Source: a virus
DNA length: 35,964 bases
Strand: one strand, 5' to 3'
Virus record (IMG/VR): IMGVR_UViG_3300029953_000095
Coordinates: 1 to 35,964 of that record
Numbering within the stretch: position 1 is the first letter of the stretch; each line of letters starts with the position of its first letter. Positions 6,367 through 11,996 of this stretch are shown in pieces. The notes beneath the pieces were generated by a model. The model searched no databases. It was given only the letters and a program-made list of their open reading frames with translations, and had not been told where the DNA came from. The position numbers and the translations under genes were made by a program.

Positions 6367-6884
6367 ACATGACCACCAAAGAATCATTGTACTCGTTAGT
6401 ACAGCAGGCTAATGCACTCAGTCAGGCCCTGGCCGAAAGCGGTGGAGAACTAACTCCAGAGTTAGAGGCTCTTGTTGCTCACCTTGACATAAGCATTCCG
6501 GCCAAGATTGATGGTTATCAAGTCGTGCTCGATCGGCTCGACTTAGAGTCGGCCTATTACAAAGCTAAAGCCGATTACTACGCAAAGATAGCGCGGGGCC
6601 ATGGCGCCCTCAAAGACCGCCTCAAGGACGCCATAAAGCAATCCTTGTGCGCCCTGGGGGCAACCGAGATCCGGGGGGTTGATTCCCGGTTTGTTCTGTC
6701 TACATCGACTCCGGCGCTGGTCATTGATGAGTCGCGGCTAGATAAAGAGTACATGCTTGTGACCTATAGTCCCGACCGAGAACGCATCAAGAAAGACTTA
6801 AAATCGGGCAAAAAGATTGCCGGGGCCGAATTGAGACCCAGTCAGGCGCTACGATCTTTTGCAAACAAAAGGAGTCAACAATGA
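6363..6884 (+). CDS. Gp157-like protein (recombination-module accessory)
   Basis: 173 aa. SLYSLVQQANALSQALAESGGELTPELEALVAHLD...KIDGYQVVLDRLDLESAYYKAKADYYAKIARGHGALKDRLKDAIKQ matches the Siphovirus Gp157 family pattern (N-terminal GGELTPELE, coiled coil). It sits immediately upstream of an ERF gene, as is typical. Confidence 0.7.
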   Translation: MNMTTKESLYSLVQQANALSQALAESGGELTPELEALVAHLDISIPAKIDGYQVVLDRLDLESAYYKAKADYYAKIARGHGALKDRLKDAIKQSLCALGATEIRGVDSRFVLSTSTPALVIDESRLDKEYMLVTYSPDRERIKKDLKSGKKIAGAELRPSQALRSFANKRSQQ

Positions 6885-7459
6885 GTCAAACACCGGAAAT
6901 AAACCACCTAGCTTTAGCCCTAAGCAACGCGCAGTCTAAAGCTATGGCTGCGCTTAAGGATAGTTCTAATCCTTTTTTTAAGAGCAAGTACGCGGATCTT
7001 GAAAGCGTTTGGTCCGCCCTGCGAGAACCGCTCACCGAAAATAAGCTATGCGTGATTCAGACAACCGATTTTAAAGATGGAATAACTGTTGTCATCACTA
7101 CGTTGGCTCACTCCTCCGGGCAGTGGATCAGGGGCTATTACCCACTCAATCCCGTAAAAAACGACCCGCAGGCAGTCGGGTCTGCGCTGACATATGCAAG
7201 ACGCTATGCGCTCGCAGCCATCACTGGCATAGTGCAGGTAGACGACGACGGCGAGGCCGCAATGCATAGGTCAAAACCAGATGTCATATCCCAACCAAAC
7301 GGGGCACCGGCGGCGTCGCCACTACCGGGTCAGACTTCCGCAGGCCCAATTTGCTGCGAGAGACCAATGATGGCCAGTAAGTTCAAAGAAAAAGACGGCT
7401 CAGATAGTTGGTTTTGTGTGACCTGTAGATCCAAACGACCTAGATTGCCAGATGAATAA
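6881..7459 (+). CDS. erf: ERF-family single-strand annealing protein
   Basis: 192 aa. Hallmarks: NPFFKSKYADLESVWSALREPL and GSALTYARRYALAAITGI followed by DDDGE. AAGGAG RBS, ATGA overlap with the upstream gene. The C-terminus has CC...C..C zinc-ribbon-like cysteines. Confidence 0.85.
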   Translation: MSQTPEINHLALALSNAQSKAMAALKDSSNPFFKSKYADLESVWSALREPLTENKLCVIQTTDFKDGITVVITTLAHSSGQWIRGYYPLNPVKNDPQAVGSALTYARRYALAAITGIVQVDDDGEAAMHRSKPDVISQPNGAPAASPLPGQTSAGPICCERPMMASKFKEKDGSDSWFCVTCRSKRPRLPDE

Positions 7460-7488
7460 AAAACCCCTTGAGATTTTACTTCAAGGGG
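7458..7488 (-). terminator. Intrinsic terminator hairpin whose U-tract is on the minus strand
   Basis: Stem CCCCTTGA (7464-7471) pairs with TCAAGGGG (7481-7488) around a 9-nt loop. On the plus strand it is preceded by AAAAAA (7458-7463) and followed by non-T-rich tctacaaaacg. Read on the minus strand it is a hairpin followed by TTTTTTATTC. Confidence 0.55.
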
Positions 7489-7988
7489 TCTACAAAACGA
7501 ATAAATAAATATTACAGACTTGCGGGTCCGTCTTTCGCATGAATCAATGCGGTCTGCAATATAAATTTAATCGGTGTGTTTCTAGAGCGCATACAGGGTC
7601 AACTTGCGGACGTTTGCAAATAGTTGATCTGGTCCTTGGCGGGACTCCTCGAGTGTACGAGTAGCATAGCTGGATGAGAAAACCCTCGATCTAGCATCTA
7701 GAGGCTGACGGCGTGGCTCCCTTCAAGGAAACACGAGAGAGTTTGAAACGGTAGGCACGCATTCCGGGGATCTGGCTCTGCGACCGACTCAAGACAAGAC
7801 CCTTTGTCGTTCAGACTCTTGTTAGAATTCTCGGAATACCCAGCCAAATGGGGAATAGAGAGAGTTTACAGGCGGGGATCGCTAAAGAATAAAATAAAAG
7901 AAGTCTTTTAGGCATCCCTGCGTTCACCGCTTAAGGAAACACGGAGGGTACAGCCCGGACAACGCTAGAAATTAAGGAGTGAACGCAA
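7489..7988. other. ORF-free 0.5 kb region with internal repeats; candidate structured ncRNA, origin or decayed cassette array
   Basis: No ORF of 60 aa or more with an RBS on either strand. AAGGAAACACG occurs at 7725 and 7933 (GGAAACACG again at 8225). GAGAGAGTTT occurs at 7735 and 7858. ACTTGCGG-type 20-mers occur at 7518 and 7602. There are AT-rich patches at 7496-7515 and 7558-7570. Confidence 0.5.
7946..7979 (+). promoter_or_regulatory. Conserved 5' leader element, copy 3 of 5 (diverged)
   Basis: GGGTACAGCCCGGACAACGCTAGAAATTAAGGAG directly upstream of ATG 7989. Near-identical to the elements at 8571 and 9950. Confidence 0.6.
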
Positions 7989-8204
7989 ATGAAACAGGTT
8001 TCTGTAAGAATTAAGCCAATTAGCATCCGATGGTGCCCTCGATGGGACAAGTCGGATAAATTTTTTTATGTGGGCAAGAGTTGGGAAGCGTCCTTCCGCA
8101 CTCTCGCCGGTGAGTATCGTTGCGAAATGGAATCGACGCGTATTCAAATTGGTCCTATCCGCATAATGCTTTGCTCATTTGATCTGCCAGAGGAGTTTAC
8201 ATGA
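7989..8204 (+). CDS. Hypothetical protein (71 aa)
   Basis: Preceded by the conserved leader with AAGGAG. Its stop overlaps the next ATG (ATGA at 8201). Confidence 0.55.
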   Translation: MKQVSVRIKPISIRWCPRWDKSDKFFYVGKSWEASFRTLAGEYRCEMESTRIQIGPIRIMLCSFDLPEEFT

Positions 8205-8353
8205 CACTCGCGTTGCCGGGCCACGGAAACACGGCTCACTCTGCTGCGCAACCGCTCCGCCTGTGGTTCGGCTTACCTGTAGCCATTGGACAAGCCTCAG
8301 ATGTTTACAATCAGGTTAGCGACGCAATCGCCAAGCCAAGGAGGATGAGATGA
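8201..8353 (+). CDS. Mini-protein (50 aa) sharing the C-terminal DVYNQVSDAIAK module with the 8612..8917 product
   Basis: GAGGAG lies 5 nt upstream. Nucleotides 8300-8335 are identical to 8870-8905 (36/36) and in the same reading frame. ATGA overlaps at both ends. Confidence 0.5.
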   Translation: MTLALPGHGNTAHSAAQPLRLWFGLPVAIGQASDVYNQVSDAIAKPRRMR

Positions 8354-8514
8354 AAGAGTATATGCTTAGATTTTCACGATTAGAGTGGGCTGGCTGGATT
8401 CCTGGCGTGATGGATGAGGGCCAAGAATCACCCGGATGGCACGACTTCGCTACGACACGTTACAAGGCATGGGGTTGGCTTTATTTCAGATTTTCTATTG
8501 TGAGTCATTCATGA
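8350..8514 (+). CDS. Trp-rich mini-protein (54 aa)
   Basis: AAGGAGG (8338-8344), 5-nt spacer, ATG 8350. Sequence MKEYMLRFSRLEWAGWIPGVMDEGQESPGWHDFATTRYKAWGWLYFRFSIVSHS. The stop overlaps a further 12-codon ORF (ATGA at 8511). Confidence 0.5.
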   Translation: MKEYMLRFSRLEWAGWIPGVMDEGQESPGWHDFATTRYKAWGWLYFRFSIVSHS

Positions 8515-8570
8515 CCAAACAATGCGCAGGCTCCAAGGAAAGAAAATGAATACCCACTATGCGATGTTAA

Positions 8571-8605
8571 GGGTACAGCCCGAAAACGGCTAGAAATTAA
8601 GGAGG
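8571..8605 (+). promoter_or_regulatory. Conserved 5' leader element, copy 4 of 5 (intact)
   Basis: GGGTACAGCCCGAAAACGGCTAGAAATTAAGGAGG, then a 6-nt spacer and ATG 8612. The identity with 9950.. continues into the coding sequence. Confidence 0.65.
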
Positions 8606-8611
8606 TTTGAC

Positions 8612-8917
8612 ATGAAACATTCACAGGGGCCTTGGCTTTTCAATAATTGCACCGTGTATCAAAAGAACTCAGGTAACAGTGATGGTAGTTGCCGTAGCCC
8701 AATTGCATTTACGGGTTGTTTTTTGCTGGATGACGGGACCAACACGGTCGAAGAATGTCAGGCCAACGCCCGTCTAATTGCGGCAGCGCCTGAGATGCTC
8801 GATGCATTGAAAAAAGCGCAAATTGAGTTGGGATCATGGATAGGTTGCGGGGCACCTCAATGGACTACCGATGTTTACAATCAGGTTAGCGACGCAATCG
8901 CCAAGGCCCGTGGATGA
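8612..8917 (+). CDS. Hypothetical protein (101 aa), intact member of the GPW...NARLIAAAPEML paralog family
   Basis: Strong RBS. MKHSQGPWLF...ECQANARLIAAAPEMLDALKKAQIEL... An N-terminal GPW plus NA.LIAAAP(E/D)(M/L)L is a pattern I recall from widespread phage/prophage hypothetical proteins (not verified). Confidence 0.65.
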   Translation: MKHSQGPWLFNNCTVYQKNSGNSDGSCRSPIAFTGCFLLDDGTNTVEECQANARLIAAAPEMLDALKKAQIELGSWIGCGAPQWTTDVYNQVSDAIAKARG

Positions 8918-8989
8918 CTTTGGGAGGCTATTCCCACGGGCATTTCCACGTAAGTCGTGCTACTGGGCACCCCACAAAGCGTCACTTAG

Positions 8990-9613
8990 GTGCGTACTCG
9001 ATATGAGACTATTATGAAAAAGTGTAATTCTAGTGAAAAACTGAGGGATATGGGATTGCGAGTGCTAGTCGTGTGTGAATTTTCGGGCATAGTGCGGGAC
9101 GCATTTAGAGCAAGGGGCGTAGATGCCTGGTCTTGTGACCTACTGGCGAGTGAGTCAGAAAATGAGCACCACATAATCGGGGATGCGAGAAATTGGATGG
9201 ACAACCGCTGGGACATTTTGATTGCCCACCCACCATGCACACACCTAGCTGTTAGTGGAGCAAGGTGGTTCAAGGATAAGCGGAAAGAGCAGAAAGAAGC
9301 GTTGGACTTTGTGCGAGCCATATTTGCAGCACCAATAGCTATGAAGTGCGTAGAAAACCCAGTCAGTATTATTTCGAGTCAAATCAGGAAGCCTGACCAA
9401 ATTATCCAACCGTGGCAATTTGGGCATGGGGAGACAAAGACAACGTGCTTATGGCTTGAAGGTTTGCCGAAGTTAACGCCGACAAAGATAGTCGAAGGAA
9501 GAGAAGCGAAAATACACCGAATGCTGCCAGGAGCGGATGGGTGGAAAAACAGGAGCAGGACGTATGCGGGTATCGCACAAGCAATGGCGTCGCAATGGCG
9601 CAATCCCAAGTGA
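8990..9613 (+). CDS. Mini C5-cytosine-methyltransferase-like protein (about 190-207 aa)
   Basis: Motif I-like VVCEFSGIVRDAF, motif IV-like IAHPPCTHLAVSG (catalytic PC), motif VI-like CVENPV, then QPWQFGHGETKTTCLWLEGLP. It is much shorter than canonical Dcm-type enzymes. The start is ambiguous: GTG 8990, ATG 9014 or ATG 9050. Confidence 0.5.
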   Translation: MRTRYETIMKKCNSSEKLRDMGLRVLVVCEFSGIVRDAFRARGVDAWSCDLLASESENEHHIIGDARNWMDNRWDILIAHPPCTHLAVSGARWFKDKRKEQKEALDFVRAIFAAPIAMKCVENPVSIISSQIRKPDQIIQPWQFGHGETKTTCLWLEGLPKLTPTKIVEGREAKIHRMLPGADGWKNRSRTYAGIAQAMASQWRNPK

Positions 9614-9647
9614 AGCAGGATGCGAACGCTATCCCGACCCGTCCCTA
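9614..9647 (+). repeat. 34-nt direct repeat, copy 1 (partner at 12650..12683)
   Basis: AGCAGGATGCGAACGCTATCCCGACCCGTCCCTA versus AGCAGGATGCGAACGCTATCCCGACACGTCCCTA, 33/34 identical. Contains the hairpin GGATGCG-AA-CGCTATCC. Begins 1 nt after the MTase-like stop codon. Confidence 0.85.
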
Positions 9648-9699
9648 TAACAACCTACGCTCGCTGTATCTTCAAAATGGCAGCAAGTGGGAGTGAGCC

Positions 9700-9915
9700 A
9701 TGGCTAAGTATTCCGTCCATAACCGAGCAAATAGAAAATCCGGCGGCCCACTCAAAGCAAAAATTGTGGTGGGCGTATCTGGCAGGGAAGTGCCCGCTTT
9801 GAGCTTCCAATGTTTTGAGAGCCGCCATTCAGAATGTGTCGGTCGTACTGGAATAGGTCCGTTTTTAATGAATGGAAAGTGTGAGTGCCGGTGCCACGAA
9901 AGGAAACCAACATGA
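9700..9915 (+). CDS. Cys/His-rich hypothetical protein (71 aa)
   Basis: GGGAG lies 6 nt upstream of the ATG. Sequence CFESRHSECVGRTGIGPFLMNGKCECRCHERK. It competes with the overlapping ORF 9620..9802, so confidence is moderate. Confidence 0.4.
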   Translation: MAKYSVHNRANRKSGGPLKAKIVVGVSGREVPALSFQCFESRHSECVGRTGIGPFLMNGKCECRCHERKPT

Positions 9916-9949
9916 CACTGATGATTCATTTTAAATTGATCATTCAAAA

Positions 9950-9984
9950 GGGTACAGCCCGAAAACGGCTAGAAATTAAGGAGG
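9950..9984 (+). promoter_or_regulatory. Conserved 5' leader element, copy 5 of 5 (intact)
   Basis: Identical to 8571..8605 (GGGTACAGCCCGAAAACGGCTAGAAATTAAGGAGG). Confidence 0.65.
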
Positions 9985-9990
9985 TTTGAC

Positions 9991-10214
9991 ATGAAACATT
10001 CACAGGGGCCTTGGCTTTTAAATAATTGCACCGTGTATCAAAAAACTCAGGTAACATTGCGGCAGCGCCTGAGATACTTGAGGCATTGAAAAAAGCGCAA
10101 ATTGAGTTGGGCTCATGGATAGGTTGCGGGGCACCCCAATGGACTACCGATGTTCACAATGAAAACGTAGACTGTATTTCGGGAAGTCCCGACTGCTTTA
10201 GAAGCAACGGTTAG
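9991..10214 (+). pseudogene. Frameshifted, internally deleted paralog of 8612..8917
   Basis: Same leader and first 18 codons. A 1-nt loss turns AAAAGAA into AAAAAA (10040-10045) and shifts the frame. A 99-nt in-frame deletion (equivalent to 8679-8777) has TAA microhomology at its edges. The remainder (NSGNIAAAPEILEALKKAQIELGSWIGCGAPQWTTDVHN...) is open in the -1 frame as ORF 10026..10214. Confidence 0.6.
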
Positions 10215-10261
10215 TAAAAGTTTTTAAACCGAGCGAAAGCTCATAACTGAAGGAGAGAAGT

Positions 10262-10567
10262 ATGAATATGGTTGGAAAAAAAGTAATTGTTCGCGCTCAA
10301 GTTGCGGGGGTTCATGCCGGTGTTATTGAATCGTTCGATCCGGCAACTCAATCCGTCACGTTGACAGGTGCTTATCGCCTCTGGCGCATTTACACCCGCG
10401 ATAAGACCGGCTCAATCAGCGATGTGGCTGCTAACGGGCTTAAACCAAAAGGTGGCCATTCTATCGGCGCACGTCTTAAGTCCGTTACGGTCATAAATCC
10501 TGCCGGGCTTGAACTGGCGGAAATGACAGACGACGCCTACGCATCCATTGAAAAATGGAAAAACTGA
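10262..10567 (+). CDS. Hypothetical protein (101 aa)
   Basis: AAGGAGAG RBS. Sequence KKVIVRAQVAGVHAGVIESFDP...YRLWRIYT... resembles a common small phage protein family (unverified). Confidence 0.6.
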   Translation: MNMVGKKVIVRAQVAGVHAGVIESFDPATQSVTLTGAYRLWRIYTRDKTGSISDVAANGLKPKGGHSIGARLKSVTVINPAGLELAEMTDDAYASIEKWKN

Positions 10568-10570
10568 TCC

Positions 10571-11023
10571 ATGAAAGCGCGAAAAATTTATCGCGACGGA
10601 ATTGAAGAAATCGTTACTGGACCGGTCAAAACTGTAATCACGGCCGAGGGTCACACAATCGAGAGTTACAGGCTATCGGATGGCAGGAAAAGATTTTTTG
10701 CAACTTTGGTCGGGACCCACTGGTGTGCCCATGGTGATACGGTCGCAAGCGCGGTTGCGGATGCTATTTGGAAAGACCCGACGAAGCGTCCTTCAATGCA
10801 AGCGCTCGTCGGGTCGATCAAAAACGAAGGAAAGAATCGTAAGATTACTCTCAATGAGTTTCGAGTCCTAACCGGCGCATGTTTGACTGGGTGTCGAGAT
10901 GCTTTGAGTAAAGTCGGACGAGATGATTCTCCTATGACTGCTCATGACATCCGCGACATCGTGTCTTTCGAGTGGGGCAATAAACTTCTTTCCGTTCTCG
11001 GCTGGGAAGAGGTGAAATCATGA
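10571..11023 (+). CDS. Hypothetical protein (150 aa)
   Basis: Start lies 3 nt after the upstream stop. It ends ...LGWEEVKS with an ATGA overlap to the next ORF. Confidence 0.55.
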   Translation: MKARKIYRDGIEEIVTGPVKTVITAEGHTIESYRLSDGRKRFFATLVGTHWCAHGDTVASAVADAIWKDPTKRPSMQALVGSIKNEGKNRKITLNEFRVLTGACLTGCRDALSKVGRDDSPMTAHDIRDIVSFEWGNKLLSVLGWEEVKS

Positions 11024-11035
11024 GCGACAGCGGCA
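10999..11035 (+). repeat. 37-nt exact direct repeat, copy 1 (partner at 11211..11247)
   Basis: CGGCTGGGAAGAGGTGAAATCATGAGCGACAGCGGCA occurs twice, 212 nt apart. Each copy contains an RBS, a stop and a start (GAGGTGAAATCATGA). Confidence 0.9.
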
Positions 11036-11235
11036 TGATCAACGGCTACGGCTACGGCGACGGCTCCGGCGACGGCGACGGCGACGGCTCCGGCGACGGC
11101 TCTGGCTACGGCTCCGGCGACGGCGACGGCTCCGGCTCCGGCTCCGGCGACGGCTACGGCTACGGCTCCGGCGACGGCTACGGCGACGGCTACGGCTACG
11201 GCTACGGCTACGGCTGGGAAGAGGTGAAATCATGA
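11020..11235 (+). CDS. Low-complexity Gly-Tyr/Asp/Ser repeat protein (71 aa)
   Basis: MSDSGMINGYGYGDGSGDGDGDGSGDGSGYGSGDGDGSGSGSGDGYGYGSGDGYGDGYGYGYGYGWEEVKS. Has the GAGGTG RBS and ATGA coupling at both ends. Its head (MSDSG) and tail (GWEEVKS) are copies of the neighbouring gene ends. Confidence 0.45.
   Translation: MSDSGMINGYGYGDGSGDGDGDGSGDGSGYGSGDGDGSGSGSGDGYGYGSGDGYGDGYGYGYGYGWEEVKS
11044..11213 (+). repeat. Hexanucleotide microsatellite (GGC-NNC)n, about 28 units
   Basis: Uninterrupted GGCTAC/GGCGAC/GGCTCC/GGCTCT units, as read directly in the sequence. Confidence 0.9.
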
Positions 11236-11247
11236 GCGACAGCGGCA
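11211..11247 (+). repeat. 37-nt exact direct repeat, copy 2
   Basis: Identical to 10999..11035. Followed by a 16-codon ORF (MSDSGTAAVNAMALTN, 11232..11282). Confidence 0.9.
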
Positions 11248-11297
11248 CCGCTGCGGTGAATGCAATGGCTCTAACGAATTAATTTAGGAGTAGAAGT

Positions 11298-11456
11298 ATG
11301 AATAAACCGAAACAGAAAAGTGAAAAACTGGCGGTATTCTTATGTATCGTCTGCGCAACCGCTCCGATGAAGTTGAGAGAGAAAAAGAAATCTGGCGCCG
11401 CGCGCGCGGCGACCGAGTTCATCTCGGCGTACAGAAAAGGAAATAACCGTAAATGA
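11298..11456 (+). CDS. Small basic protein (52 aa)
   Basis: AGGAG lies 7 nt upstream of the ATG. Sequence MNKPKQKSEKLAVFLCIVCATAPMKLREKKKSGAARAATEFISAYRKGNNRK. ATGA overlap with the next gene. Confidence 0.5.
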   Translation: MNKPKQKSEKLAVFLCIVCATAPMKLREKKKSGAARAATEFISAYRKGNNRK

Positions 11457-11656
11457 CAAAACCCGACAATTACAGCGCTGACGATTGGGCAACTATAGAT
11501 GTCTATATAGAATCACTTCTTAAAGATGGGAAACGATCTCAGCACCCAGAATTTCAATTATTATTTGCAATCTTTGGTAAAGACCGAATAACTAAAATCG
11601 CAAAAGCAATACTTGAAAAGGAAAAACATGCAGATACATTGGAATCGAAAAAATAA
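11453..11656 (+). CDS. Hypothetical protein (67 aa)
   Basis: ATGA coupling to the upstream ORF, in the same operon. Confidence 0.5.
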   Translation: MTKPDNYSADDWATIDVYIESLLKDGKRSQHPEFQLLFAIFGKDRITKIAKAILEKEKHADTLESKK

Positions 11657-11996
11657 ATACAGAGCAACTAGAACTGATGGATTTCCCAGCAGGCTTGAGG
11701 CTGCTGTGTTCGATTTACTTAATATGCTACTCAATGCTGGCAAGATCATACGCATAAGACAGCAACACAGAATAGATTTTCCATGTGGAATTGGTTGGAA
11801 AGTCGATTTCAGTTGCGACCGGCCCGACGGATCAACCTATTTGGTAGAAGCAAAAGGATTTGAAACTTCAGATTACATTTTAAAGAAACGAATGTACGCA
11901 CGATGTCCTTGTTTGACCGCTCCGAGTCATCTGGAAATCTTTAAGGGATCTTATGCAAAGCCAAGGGTGGCAGAAGTTATTAGCAGGAAAATATGA
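11628..11996 (+). CDS. DUF1064-like protein (putative PD-(D/E)xK-type nuclease or resolvase)
   Basis: NKYRATRTDGFPSRLEAAVFDLL....GKI..I..Q.RIDF.....WKVDF.C.RPDGSTYLVEAKGFETSDYILKKRMY matches the DUF1064 pattern (KY.akk...DG..FdSk.Ea..y..L......i......F.......Y.aDF......G...veDvKG..t..f.lK.kl). ATG 11628 is preferred over the track's TTG 11613. Confidence 0.6.
   Translation: MQIHWNRKNKYRATRTDGFPSRLEAAVFDLLNMLLNAGKIIRIRQQHRIDFPCGIGWKVDFSCDRPDGSTYLVEAKGFETSDYILKKRMYARCPCLTAPSHLEIFKGSYAKPRVAEVISRKI

Noticed and set aside
7662-7740. Hammerhead-like ribozyme core (CTGGATGAG ... CTGACGG ... GGAAAC)
   Set aside because: The CUGAUGA box is broken by an extra G. The second candidate has G at the invariant A9 position. 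I could not draw three helices with the required geometry around a cleavage site.
7965-8147. 60-aa minus-strand ORF that could be the product of the leftward transcript ending at the 7458-7488 terminator
   Set aside because: It has no RBS and lies fully antisense to the well-supported 7989-8204 ORF. Its composition looks like antisense translation.
8244-8259. Exact 16-mer CTGCGCAACCGCTCCG shared with 11351-11366
   Set aside because: It is statistically non-random, but it is read in different frames in the two ORFs and has no flanking similarity. It is most likely a small recombination scar, too little to build a feature on.
8576-8592. Lambda nut-like boxB (GC stem with GAAAA loop) in the conserved leader, plus the small basic protein 6020-6157 as an N-like antiterminator
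   Set aside because: The stem is only 4 bp with a C/C closing mismatch. The diverged leader copy (7946) does not preserve the pairing. No boxA-like sequence was found, and the basic protein lacks an arginine-rich motif. The idea is kept only as a remark under the leader finding.
8778-10160. Diversity-generating retroelement (template/variable repeat pair) suggested by the two ~100-nt near-identical segments
   Set aside because: The mismatches are not adenine-specific (for example atgctcgatgc versus atacttgaggc, ttt versus ttc). No reverse transcriptase ORF exists anywhere in the genome, and the repeats include leaders and RBSs, which points to plain gene duplication.
7400-10300. CRISPR array or solitary CRISPR repeat units among the repeated leaders
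   Set aside because: Repeat spacing is irregular (about 120 to 1400 nt). The repeats contain RBSs and are followed by ORFs. There is no short regular repeat-spacer periodicity.
11039-11248. 69-aa Arg/Ser-only ORF (SRSRSRRRSRRRS...) on the minus strand; a protamine or SR-like protein was considered
   Set aside because: It is the antisense reading of the (GGC-NNC)n microsatellite. It has no RBS and lies antisense within a tightly coupled plus-strand operon, whereas the plus-strand ORF has an RBS and ATGA coupling at both ends.
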